Assembly: GCA_963666975.2 (NCBI GenBank)
Contig: CAXVYR010000002.1
Span: forward strand, 378,244 to 442,243
Reading direction: 5' to 3'
DNA: 64,000 bases
DNA from: Terriglobia bacterium
GTDB taxonomy: Bacteria; Acidobacteriota; Terriglobia; 2-12-FULL-54-10
A program made the translations under genes and the position numbers. The notes beneath the pieces were generated by a model. The model was not told the origin of the DNA, made no database searches, and saw only the letters and a program-made list of their open reading frames with translations. Of this stretch, positions 10,447 through 19,512 are shown piece by piece. Within the stretch, counting starts at the first letter, position 1. Every line of letters starts with the position of its first letter.

Positions 10447-11481
10447 TTACCACTCTAGCAAGGCTACCTCAGCCGCAAGGCCAGGACCCAGGGCTAGTAA
10501 AACCCCCCGATCACCCACGCGAGCGGAATCCGTTTCCAGGACATCGTTGAGCACAAATAGAACTGTGGGAGACGACATATTCCCGTAGTTCCGCAGGATT
10601 CGACGGGAAACGGCCAAGTCGGCGTCGCTGAGTCTGAGCGCATCCTGAACCCGGTCAATTACCTTCCGGCCGCCCGGATGGATCAACCAGTGACGGATAT
10701 CTTTACGGCTGAGCCCTTGGGGGCATAGCAACTCGTCGAGCACACGGTCAATGAGGGGAGGAGCCAGGTCAGGGATAGTAGGGGCGAGGATGAGGCGCAG
10801 GCGTCCGTCTCGTTGTTCAAAACCTACAGAACTCTGGCAGCTTGTGTCCAGCCAGGAAGCGAAGCGGACGATGCGTGGGCCGGTATCCCCCCGACAAGTC
10901 AGCAAGCAGGCAACCGCGCCGTCCGAGCAGATGGCATTGCCCACCAACGTCTCCAGTGTATCGTCAATGTAATATGCAGCGGAGCAAATCTCCACCGCCA
11001 CCACCAGCACTCTGTGATCCGGATAGGCCAGGGCATGGTCATAGGCGCGCTGCAGCGTCGGAAGGGCTCCGGCACATCCCAGACCCAATAAAGCTCCTCG
11101 TTGCACGCTTCGCGGTAGCCGCATCTCCTTAACCAGGATCGTGGCGAGGTCCGGGCAGAGATAACCTGTGCAGGAGCAAACCAGGATGCAATCGATCTCT
11201 TCAACGCCCAAGCCCGCCTTTGCTAGGCAGCGCTGCGCCGCCTGCCGGGCAATGAGTACCGCGCCTTCTTTATAACGGCTGTGCATTTCGTCCGGGCTCT
11301 CGTTTACCGTTCCAATCAGGGGATCCATGTAAAGGTAACGATAGTCAATGTCGCTGTTGAAAAAGATCTCGCGCGCAATCGGCCGGGTATATCCTGCCAG
11401 CCGCAACACCTCTTGCTGAGTAAAGCGCTGCGGTGGAACGGCCGTCGCCACCGATACGATGTGCGGCTCTGGTTTATTCAT
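10447..11481 (-). CDS. Type III polyketide synthase (chalcone/stilbene synthase family)
   Basis: Catalytic Cys-His-Asn in LGCAGA, WLIHPGG and YGNMSS; ends in ALGPGLAAE. Confidence 0.93.
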   Translation of the reverse strand: MNKPEPHIVSVATAVPPQRFTQQEVLRLAGYTRPIAREIFFNSDIDYRYLYMDPLIGTVNESPDEMHSRYKEGAVLIARQAAQRCLAKAGLGVEEIDCILVCSCTGYLCPDLATILVKEMRLPRSVQRGALLGLGCAGALPTLQRAYDHALAYPDHRVLVVAVEICSAAYYIDDTLETLVGNAICSDGAVACLLTCRGDTGPRIVRFASWLDTSCQSSVGFEQRDGRLRLILAPTIPDLAPPLIDRVLDELLCPQGLSRKDIRHWLIHPGGRKVIDRVQDALRLSDADLAVSRRILRNYGNMSSPTVLFVLNDVLETDSARVGDRGVLLALGPGLAAEVALLEW

Positions 11482-11798
11482 CTCCAGACCATGTCTTTGC
11501 AGTCCAAAGGGTCAGCGCCCTTGGTCACCATTTGAGTATATTGTCCGGATTTTCCGATATGGAGCTTTCCCGCCTCACAGAATAGTACGCCAACCGCCCT
11601 GTCGCGCCAATTTCAGATCGTATGGCTTATTAGGTCCTCCATTGGGACCGTATTGAGACTGCGTTTTCACCAATTCTTTTTCTTCTGCTTGCTTTCTCTC
11701 GCCCTGCATCGCGGCCTCATATTGAAGCATGGCTCACTGCACAGTCTTGTCAATATCGTCAATGAAAGGCAAGACTTCTCGTAACCGACTGAAAACAT

Positions 11799-11875
11799 TG
11801 GTGGGCGGTGCAGGGCTCGAACCTGCGACCCCCTGCTTGTAAGGCAGGTGCTCTAACCAACTGAGCTAACCGCCC
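11799..11875 (-). tRNA. tRNA-Val(TAC)
   Basis: Reverse complement GGGCGGTTAGCTCAGTTGGTTAGAGCACCTGCCTTACAAGCAGGGGGTCGCAGGTTCGAGCCCTGCACCGCCCACCA forms a cloverleaf with anticodon TAC and encoded CCA. Confidence 0.96.
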
Positions 11876-11961
11876 ATACGTGTAACCTAACACCTAACTC
11901 CTTTAGTCTCAATGAACCTTATTTCCATGGCGCATGAAAAATAGACCTGTTGGCCTCAAAC

Positions 11962-11983
11962 TGTGCCTAAAATGTGCCAAAAA
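11962..11983. promoter_or_regulatory. 11-bp direct repeat TGTGCC(T/A)AAAA, putative integrase arm-type sites
   Basis: tgtgcctaaaa tgtgccaaaaa lies between the integrase stop and the tRNA. Confidence 0.5.
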
Positions 11984-11987
11984 TCGT

Positions 11988-13176
11988 TCAGTTCGGTCTT
12001 GCTGTGCTCGAAATCTGCCGATGCTCGTTAGCCTGGCGGTCGAGCTTGGACAGCGCTTCCCGCATCATGTTGAGCTTCGCCTGGCTGTAGCGCTTGAATA
12101 CCGCCGAGTCTCCCTGCCGAAGCATTTGGGTGACAAAATGGTCCGCCACACCCCCGGCACTCAGCCGGGTCGCAAACGTATGGCGCAACTCGTATATCGT
12201 GAAATACGGTACGCCAGCACGCCGCAGTGTCGCGGCCCAAATCTTCTTCAGTGATCTGATGTATGGCCTGCTGGATTTTTGGCGTGGCGTCGGGAACAGA
12301 TACTCGCTTGCCTGCGTCGCTTCGATCTGTGCTTGGAACGCCCGGTAGGCCAAATCCGAAATCGGCGTCTCGCCTACCCCGTTTGGAGTCTTGGAGTCCG
12401 GGATGTAGACCACCCGGTTTTCCATATCCACCTGCAATTTCTTCATGGGCATCAGCTCTTTGTAGGGACGTAGCCCCGTCTCAACGAGAATGACGATAGC
12501 GTTACGCAGGTAATCGGGCGCAGAAAACTCAACCCGCTGCTGCTCGCTGGCCGTCATGTAGTGAGGCTTTCTGGTTGCGCTCCGTAATTGAATCGGGAAT
12601 TCAACCGCACTACAGGGGTTCGTATGCAAACATTTTTTCTTCACCGCGACATTCAGAATCCGCCTTAATATGCGGAATTCCTGGTGCACGGTGGCCGGCT
12701 TGAGCTTTCCCACAAGCCGGGTCCCTAACTTCGTGCGTACCCTCCTTCCTGAGCACAAGCGCCGATCGATGTAATCCTCAATCGCCTCTGCGGTAACTTC
12801 CGTTAAGGGACTTTCACCGAATGCAGGTCGCAGAAACTTGAGGGCATTGATATTTTCCGCGTGTGTCTTTTCCGAGCGGAATGGAGGCTTGGAACGTTTC
12901 CCAGCGATCTCCTCGCCCGTCTTCTTCCAGAAACCAATCAGCCCATTGGTTAAAGGTTAGTTTCTTGCCGGCCAAAATGGCTGGCAACCTTCCCTCGTCC
13001 CTGGCATCCAACCGGTCTCGTAGAAGGCGGTTTGCTTCTTGTGTATCTGCGGTTCCGGTCGATTCCCTCTGAAGCTTTCCTTCTCGGTCCCGGTACCGCA
13101 TCCACCAAAACGCGGAACCATTGCGTTGGAAGATGTTCCCTCCTCCGCTCTTCGGTCTTCCTCTCCTATTGTTCAT
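11988..13176 (-). pseudogene. int: Tyrosine recombinase/integrase disrupted by a 25-bp insertion (12900-12924)
   Basis: Catalytic ETGLR, SKT and YELRHTFATRL motifs, with an arm-binding N-terminus (IFQRNGSAFWWMRY). Removing 12900-12924 restores WFLEKRSKPPFRSEKTHAENINALKFLRPAFG in frame. Confidence 0.88.
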
Positions 13177-13474
13177 CGATTCCTCCATTGACATGAAATT
13201 GCTGGAGCCACTCGACCAGCTCCGACAGTCGGAAGCGGATCGAGCGGCCCATCATGCGGTAATGGGGAATCTGCTTTCGCTCGACGTAAGCATACACCAG
13301 CGAGGGGCTGACACCCAGGAATTGGGCAGCGTCCTTCACCGTGATGGGGGCATCTGTCGCTTTTCCATCCAGGCTCATCGTTCCCTCCCTACTCTCCTCG
13401 TCAACGTCCCGGTCGGGTTCCCGGTCGAAGTCCTCAAGGGTCTTTATCCGTATGATTTGTTCTTCATCCCTCAT
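13166..13474 (-). CDS. Excisionase-like HTH DNA-binding protein (Xis/RDF)
   Basis: ITVKDAAQFLGVSPSLVYAYVERKQIPHYRMMGRSIRFRLSEL; overlaps the integrase start. Alternative start at 13378. Confidence 0.85.
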   Translation of the reverse strand: MRDEEQIIRIKTLEDFDREPDRDVDEESREGTMSLDGKATDAPITVKDAAQFLGVSPSLVYAYVERKQIPHYRMMGRSIRFRLSELVEWLQQFHVNGGIDEQ

Positions 13475-14423
13475 CGTGTTGCCTCCCGATCGGCTCGATG
13501 AGCCAGCGGTTGCCGGCGGCTTCGTAGCCCTTCACGAGTGCCGCTTCCTCCACAAAGCGGCGGCCGTCGGTTCGGGTCATGTGAATGACCATCGAAATGC
13601 CGTCCACCACGCCCCGGCAGGTGACTTCCCAAGGCAGCTCGCCGCCGCCTTGCATGGCGCAACTGGCGAGCCGGGACAAGGCGCTCTCGGCGTTGTTGGC
13701 GTGTACGGTGGTGAGCGAGCCGCCGTGTCCGGTGTTGAGGGCTTGCAGCAGGTCAGCAGCCTCCCCCCCGCGCACCTCGCCCACCACAATGTGATCCGGC
13801 CGGTGGCGCAAGGAATGTTTCACCAGGTCGCGGATCGTAACGCCTCCAGAGGTAAGGCCGCGAGCCTCGAAGCGGACGCAATTGGAGTGCTCGATGCGAA
13901 GCTCCAGGGTGTCCTCGATGGCGACAATACGTTCGTCATCCGGTAGGAGTTCAATGAGCGCATTGAGCAACGTGGTCTTGCCCGATCCGGTGCCTCCTGA
14001 AACCAAGATGTTGCGCCGCGAGTGCAACAACCGCTCCGCTTCCGCCCGCACGGCTTCGGGGAGCGCCCCTTGTTCAACCAAGTCCTCCGCCGAGAATGAC
14101 CGTTTGCCAAACCTCCGAACGGTGATGGCCACCTTCGGGCTGGCCGGCGGAACACAGATGGCAACCCGGGAGCCGTCGTCCAGGCGGGCATCGACAATAG
14201 GAGCCGTGGCCGGGTCCAGGCCGAGAGGGCGGGCGATATGGATAGCGGCCCTTTGAAGCGCCGCAGCGGTCAGCAGCGGGGCATCGAGAGAGTAGAGCTT
14301 TCCATGTCCTTCGATCCAGACGTTGTGCGGGCCGTTAATCATGATCTCGCTCACATCCGGGTCTTCCAGAACGTCCTCCAGGCCGGGCAGGAATGGTTTC
14401 AATAGCTCCAGGCCGTCACTCAT
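13464..14423 (-). CDS. virB11: VirB11/TrbB-type secretion ATPase
   Basis: VSEIMIN, Walker A SGGTGSGKTT, IEDTLEL, LRHRPDHIVVGEVRG and NTGHGG. Start MSDGL overlaps the VirD4 stop. Confidence 0.92.
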   Translation of the reverse strand: MSDGLELLKPFLPGLEDVLEDPDVSEIMINGPHNVWIEGHGKLYSLDAPLLTAAALQRAAIHIARPLGLDPATAPIVDARLDDGSRVAICVPPASPKVAITVRRFGKRSFSAEDLVEQGALPEAVRAEAERLLHSRRNILVSGGTGSGKTTLLNALIELLPDDERIVAIEDTLELRIEHSNCVRFEARGLTSGGVTIRDLVKHSLRHRPDHIVVGEVRGGEAADLLQALNTGHGGSLTTVHANNAESALSRLASCAMQGGGELPWEVTCRGVVDGISMVIHMTRTDGRRFVEEAALVKGYEAAGNRWLIEPIGRQHDEG

Positions 14424-16429
14424 ATCTTCCCCTGGCCCTTCGCCTTCCAGTAGGGGAGCGTCCGGGGCAGGTAGTGCGGCTTGAGGTACACACGTGTCGG
14501 CGCAAGCGACTGAGCGCCGTCGTAAGGCAGACAGATAGCCTGACAGTTGGAGAGCAGGGCAAACTCGCGGGGCTGGAATACCGCCTCGCGCTGCTCCCGG
14601 AAGGATTTGCTGGCCCCTACGCTGCCTTGCCCGCCTCCGGCCTGGGCCGAGAGCAGGGACACCTCGCTTTGCTTGGCCGATTCGGTGATAGTGTAGGAGG
14701 GCTTGATCTTGGCAACCTGGCCGCATAGAGCCGAGGCGGTTTGAGCAGAAGCATCGTCGCTCAAGGAAAGGAAGATCCGGGTGCGCAGTGTCTGCAACAG
14801 GGTGCGCCATGCTTCCGAGCTGCCGAGTACAGAGCGCAGCGAAGAAATAGATTAGGTGGCGACAATCGGGATGCAACGGCATTGCCGGGTGAGGGCAAAG
14901 GATTTCTCGTCACCGCTCGGATCGTCCTCGCCCACGGAAGCGAAAGACTGGTATTCGTCGCAGATGAACAAGGCCGGCCGCCGCAGAAGCGATTGCAGCC
15001 AGGCGTTTTTGAGCATTACGCCTACAGCGCGGGACAGGGCCGGATTGGTTCCGGCGGGCATGTTCAAGGCCAGCACCTTGCCCGACTCGATCAGCTCATC
15101 GAGGGGTGGCAAGCTCTGACGCACTTTCAACCCAAGTCCAGGCGGTACGAAACTGTGGGGGTCGTCGGGGTCGTCTTTGACGTGCTGCGCCGGGGCTTGC
15201 TCTTTGGGCTTTGGCGGACAGAACACTCTCGCCACGTCCGGCAGGTCGAATATGGAAAGGAAAACGGATATTCCCTCCACTATGCTCGACCGGATTTTGT
15301 TGTCGATCATTCCCCAGTCGTGTTGATACCAGCGATTGACGGCTTCGACTCGATGGCGGATTTCTTCGCCAACCATGCTCTCGCTCCACTCAATTTCGTA
15401 TTTGATATTGAGTTGTTCAAGTCGGGCTTCAAGCGCAGGATTGAGGGCTGTGCGACAGGTTGCTTCTTCTACGTTTTCTCGCCATTTCCAGTCTTTCAGT
15501 GAGTGCATGTTGGGCAAGTAATCTTTGCCGTCCATCACAATTGTTCCCTCTCTCCGCTGCCGGACATACGCCTCGGCTGCCTTGATTTTGGCCTCGAACA
15601 GTTCCTTGTCGATGGCGCAGTGATAGACCTGCCGAAGTGTGACCCACTGGTCGGGTAAGACCCGGTAAAGTTCGATGATCCAGCGGACCAGATTGGTGTA
15701 AGCCTGTTGCCAGAACGGCTCCTTGCCCTTGCCGAATAATTGATTGAGTAGGGATGAAACGGTGTAGGCCAGCGAGTAGGAATCGAGCCAGGTTGCCGAG
15801 AGTGGATTCCACTGCCAGCGGCCATCCATGCCCAGCTCGATATAGTCATCTTCCCGTCCGGCATCGGCCAGGATTTTCCGGATGTCATGGCAGAAATCGC
15901 CTTTGACTTCCAGCACCAGAGCCGCCGCCCGGAGCTTGGGCTCCTTCGCCTGCCAGGACAAGATTTGCTGTGCGAAAGGGTGCATACAAGCTGAGGTTTT
16001 GCCGGACCCGACAGCGCCGAATATTGCCACTCCGGTGTACAGTCCGCGCTCCGGGATTACGAGCCATTTTGGGTTCGGGATTTCGACAGCTTTGACCGGG
16101 TGGTGAACCTCCCCGACAACGATGCCCGGCCCGGCGTCTTTTTTGGGAGAAAGGGGCCAATCGGGCAGCACTTTGTAGGAGGGTAGATGGTCCTCCATTT
16201 TCTCAAACCAGACGTGGTAGACCGTGTTGATAATCAGCCCGCCGACAACGACTGCGACGGCGGGCGCGACGTAATACCAGCGGACAACCCAGATGTAGAA
16301 GTTGGGAGTGTGGTAGAGCAGCAAATCGAGCAGCGGTTCCTCGCCGGGCATGGGAAAAGGCCGGTAGATGAAACCCCAAGCGGAGCAGCAAAGCCCTCCA
16401 AAGATGAGGACCGGATAGCGCCATTTCAT
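14420..16429 (-). pseudogene. virD4: Type IV coupling protein (VirD4/TraD-like) with an in-frame TAA at 14852-14854
   Basis: Two N-terminal TM segments, Walker A GAVGSGKT, EVKGD and Walker B FICDEYQ. It reads PIVAT*SISSL where VATQS is expected, and the same frame continues to 14420. Confidence 0.87.
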
Positions 16430-16478
16430 GGGGTTTTCCTCCGGCGCGTTTGGCGCCCGCGTGTGGTCTGTGTCCGAA

Positions 16479-16885
16479 GCCTTCCCGCAGGGATAAATTG
16501 GACGGAAGCGACCCCCAAAGGTGGGATACAGGCCATGTAACATGGCCTGTAACTAGCCCACCCCCCTGCGCGCCGCACCAGCGGCAAAAAGGGGGGGGTC
16601 GCTATCGTCCTGCTCGTTCCGGCTGGTGCGGCCCGCGCTGTCCGGTCTACAGCACCCAAGTAACTGCATAGATGCAAGATAGCAAAATGAGCCGTGTAAC
16701 TAGCTCTAGTCGATTTCTGTAACAAGCCCCCCCCTGAGCTAGTTACAAGCTGGTGCGACCCGACCCCCGACCCCAGAACGCACAAATAACGGGCCAGCAG
16801 TCCACCGCTCATGTCACCGCTTCCAGGGACTCCATTTTGCGGTTTACAGGTCCACATCCAGCATCCTCAAACGGCTCGAAACCCA
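16479..16885. promoter_or_regulatory. Structured non-coding module, copy 1 (TGTAAC type); putative oriT/origin
   Basis: 17-bp outer stem 16500-16516/16594-16610, perfect hairpin acaggccatg-taa-catggcctgt, and gccgc-acca-gcggc hairpin. TGTAAC at 16536, 16548, 16695, 16718 and inverted at 16742. Homologous to 61223-61613. Confidence 0.65.
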
Positions 16886-17813
16886 TATCTCGTAGCTGTC
16901 AATCGAGGCTTCTGATTCCACCTTCGATTTGGGAAGTTTTTGCAGTGTCATATATTTGTTTGAGATTTTAGTAAGCCCGCCGTACTTCGCCATAAATCAT
17001 TTTGTCCATGTTGATAATCGCTTTCTCGATCAACTGCATTTCAGCTTTCACGTCCGGGTCGTCCTGGGTCTGCCCTTCCACTATTTGTTCAACTTGTTTA
17101 CCCGCTCCCTTGCTCCACCGTTTCAGCGCCGTCTCGGAGCGTATTGTGTCGTCAAAGTCCAAGCCGATTGCTACCACCTGAACCTTGATGCCTTTCCCCC
17201 GCAAAGCCCTCCAAAGCCACTCGTGCGCCGCGCCCCAAGAGCGCAGTTCGGTGTCGGTGGTATTGCCCGGATCAATGTAAGCGAAGGTGGCGGATTTGGC
17301 ATCGCAAGCGATGGGCAGTTTGAGGGCAAAGTAGCGGGTTTGTTTCCTCACGGCTCCGTGATAGGTGCGGCGGGGAATCCGGTTACGGTCGATGCCTAGC
17401 AGATCAAAGAAAGCGACCTTTTCCTGCTCGGTGGGAAGCCAGGGAAGTTCAGGGTGTTCCAGAACGTAATCGAGCGAGAGCAACCGCCGGAGAAGCAAGG
17501 AATCTTCCGCCTCCCGGCGGTGCCGGACGTTCTCAATTCCAAGCTCCCGGTAGATCGGTTTATGAGAAATCCGGCAACCCCTCGCCACGCCGTTACTGTT
17601 GGGTAGATCAAACTCCACGGCAAGGCCGCGCTCCACAAGATCGCGCACAAAGCGCATGGCCCGGTTCCTCGCGGCACCCTCGAAGAAATGACAGAATTGC
17701 GGCCTCGTGAAAGCGCCGCTGTGGAGACAGACCAGGGCAACCCATTCCGCCTCTCGGCCAGTCAAGCCGAACGGCTTTAGCTTCTTTTCTCGTTCAAGGA
17801 GATGAGCAATCAT
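16844..17813 (-). CDS. Uncharacterised wHTH-containing ICE protein; probable +1 frameshift near 16995 truncates the C-terminus (track ORF ends at 16968)
   Basis: N-terminal HTH-like region (FTRPQF..F...RAMRFVRDLVERG). The alternative frame KYGGLTKISNKYMTLQKLPK...IDSYEIWVSSRL matches the degraded paralog at 61.6 kb (TYGGVEAISDRLMELKDLPK...IDGF..WVSSRV). Confidence 0.75.
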
Positions 17814-17815
17814 TA

Positions 17816-18480
17816 CTACCCGCCGGACACCATAGCCCGGTCGCCTCGAAGGTAGGTGACGATGATTCCCATAGGATTGAAAATCATCAATTCGGTCGGG
17901 ACTGCCTCAAGGAATATGAATTGCAGGGAGAGCGACCAGCGTTCGCGCTCGGTCTCGACCGCATTCACCAGCCGCACGAGGTCGAAGTCGGCGGTGGCGC
18001 CGTGGGGTTCCTGTTGGTTGGCTTGAATCCGCAAGACAACCCGCTCGACCTGTTGTTCCTCTCTTGTGCCTCCCGCCGCCAGCATGGCGATATTCTGGCC
18101 TTCGGCCCGGAAGGCTTCGTTGGCTAGCCCGGTGGTCAGAAAGCGGAGACTGCGGGGCCAAGCCTGCTCGACCGTGGCCCGCCTCCGGGAGTAGTAGTCG
18201 TCGATGAAGCGGTTCAGAAAATACTTGGTGGTGGGGTCCAGCGGATCGGACTGTGCCTCGACCGTCTCATAGGCCAGCGCCTCGGCCCGGCCTACCTCGT
18301 CCACGCGCACGACGATGGGCCGGGGCGCTTCAACCGATGACAGCCGGATGATGATGATTATCAGCAAAAGGCAGAGTCCGGCCAAGCCCATCGACAGAAC
18401 CCTCAAGTGCCGGTTGGAGTGGATTGCCTCTCCCCAGATCTCGGCGTAGGTCTTTGCGGTTTCGTCTTCTCTTTGCTCAT
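17816..18480 (-). CDS. virB8: VirB8/TrbF T4SS component; likely true start 18480 with a -1 frameshift near 18461
   Basis: Single TM, PIVVRVDEVGRA, KYFLNRFI and NPMGIIVT. An ATG with a GGGGAA RBS 8 nt after the VirB6 stop is out of frame with the gene body by one missing A. Confidence 0.82.
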
Positions 18481-18488
18481 AGTTCCCC

Positions 18489-19484
18489 CTACCCGGCCAG
18501 CTTGGCGGCTCCACCCGCTGCCGAAGTTCCGCCACTTGCTGCCGCCATTCCTGCTCCCGTAAGTCCGGAGCTGGTGACGGCTTGGCCGGAGACCAGCATG
18601 GAAGCCAGCTCCCCGACTTTCAGGGAGGCCAATATCCCGGCCACAAACAGGGGCAGGATTATCAATACCCACCCCGCCATGGTGACCAAATCGAAGTCAA
18701 GGGTCTGGTTGGAAAAGGTAGTCACATAGCCCAGCCCGACACCCATGAAAACCCGCATGACGGCTCCGGCCAGGGCGCCGTAGAGGCTGAAAGTTATCAA
18801 GGATCGGAACCAGCCCCAGAACAGAAACGACAGCGGCTCAAACAGCAGCCAGGGGATGAAGATCGGCCCCAGGAAGATGAGGATTGCAATTGCAATCTGC
18901 GCCCAGATCACCTGTGCGTAGGTGACGGCATACAGGATGACGAGCATACATCCCGTGAAAATCACCATAATGGTGGCCGTCGCCAGAGTAATCAGCGCCC
19001 TACCGCTGGAAGTGATTAGTTCCCATATGTTGTAGCCATCCCAGGCATCGGTGATGCGGGTCATGTGGGTATTCACCATGTTGGACAATTCGGTTCTCAT
19101 GGCCGTTCCGGAGTCGGCCATGAAAAATTCCATCAACCAGTTTCCGCCGCCCACAATCATCCCTGGAAAGGTGTAAGCGTTTGCCGGAACAGGCAGCGGG
19201 GTGTCGTAGAAGTGCAGCATGGCCCAGGGAACCCAAAGGGCGATCACGAGCCTGATTAACTCCCACGGCTGGAAGCTGCCGGACATGGCAATCTTCACCC
19301 CGGTCCAGACAACCATGATGGCGGCCAGCCCGGTCCAGAGGTCTTGTCCGGCGGTCAGCAAGATCGGCCCGCTGGTTCCGATAATGTTGTTCATCACCCC
19401 TTGCAGGAAGCCGCCGAAGTCGTCCAGCTGCGCCGGGGGGATGTTGGTTGGAACACTGGGGTCGAGTTGAATCTGAAACAACAA
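18489..19484 (-). CDS. virB6: VirB6/TrbL polytopic T4SS membrane protein
   Basis: Multiple TM segments, LGPIFIPWLLFEPLSFLFWGW, and a Gly/Ala-rich tail. Confidence 0.88.
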   Translation of the reverse strand: MLFQIQLDPSVPTNIPPAQLDDFGGFLQGVMNNIIGTSGPILLTAGQDLWTGLAAIMVVWTGVKIAMSGSFQPWELIRLVIALWVPWAMLHFYDTPLPVPANAYTFPGMIVGGGNWLMEFFMADSGTAMRTELSNMVNTHMTRITDAWDGYNIWELITSSGRALITLATATIMVIFTGCMLVILYAVTYAQVIWAQIAIAILIFLGPIFIPWLLFEPLSFLFWGWFRSLITFSLYGALAGAVMRVFMGVGLGYVTTFSNQTLDFDLVTMAGWVLIILPLFVAGILASLKVGELASMLVSGQAVTSSGLTGAGMAAASGGTSAAGGAAKLAG

Positions 19485-19512
19485 AGGCTAGCCTTCCGGG
19501 ACCGCCACCAGA

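Noticed and set aside
14852-14854. Programmed readthrough or recoding of the virD4 stop
   Set aside because: TAA from a single C-to-T change at a Gln codon; other genes here terminate at TAA, so a nonsense mutation is simpler.
14424-14882. N-terminal extension of the 472-aa VirB11 ORF
   Set aside because: It overlaps the VirD4 C-terminal frame; VirB11 homology starts at MSDGL (14423).
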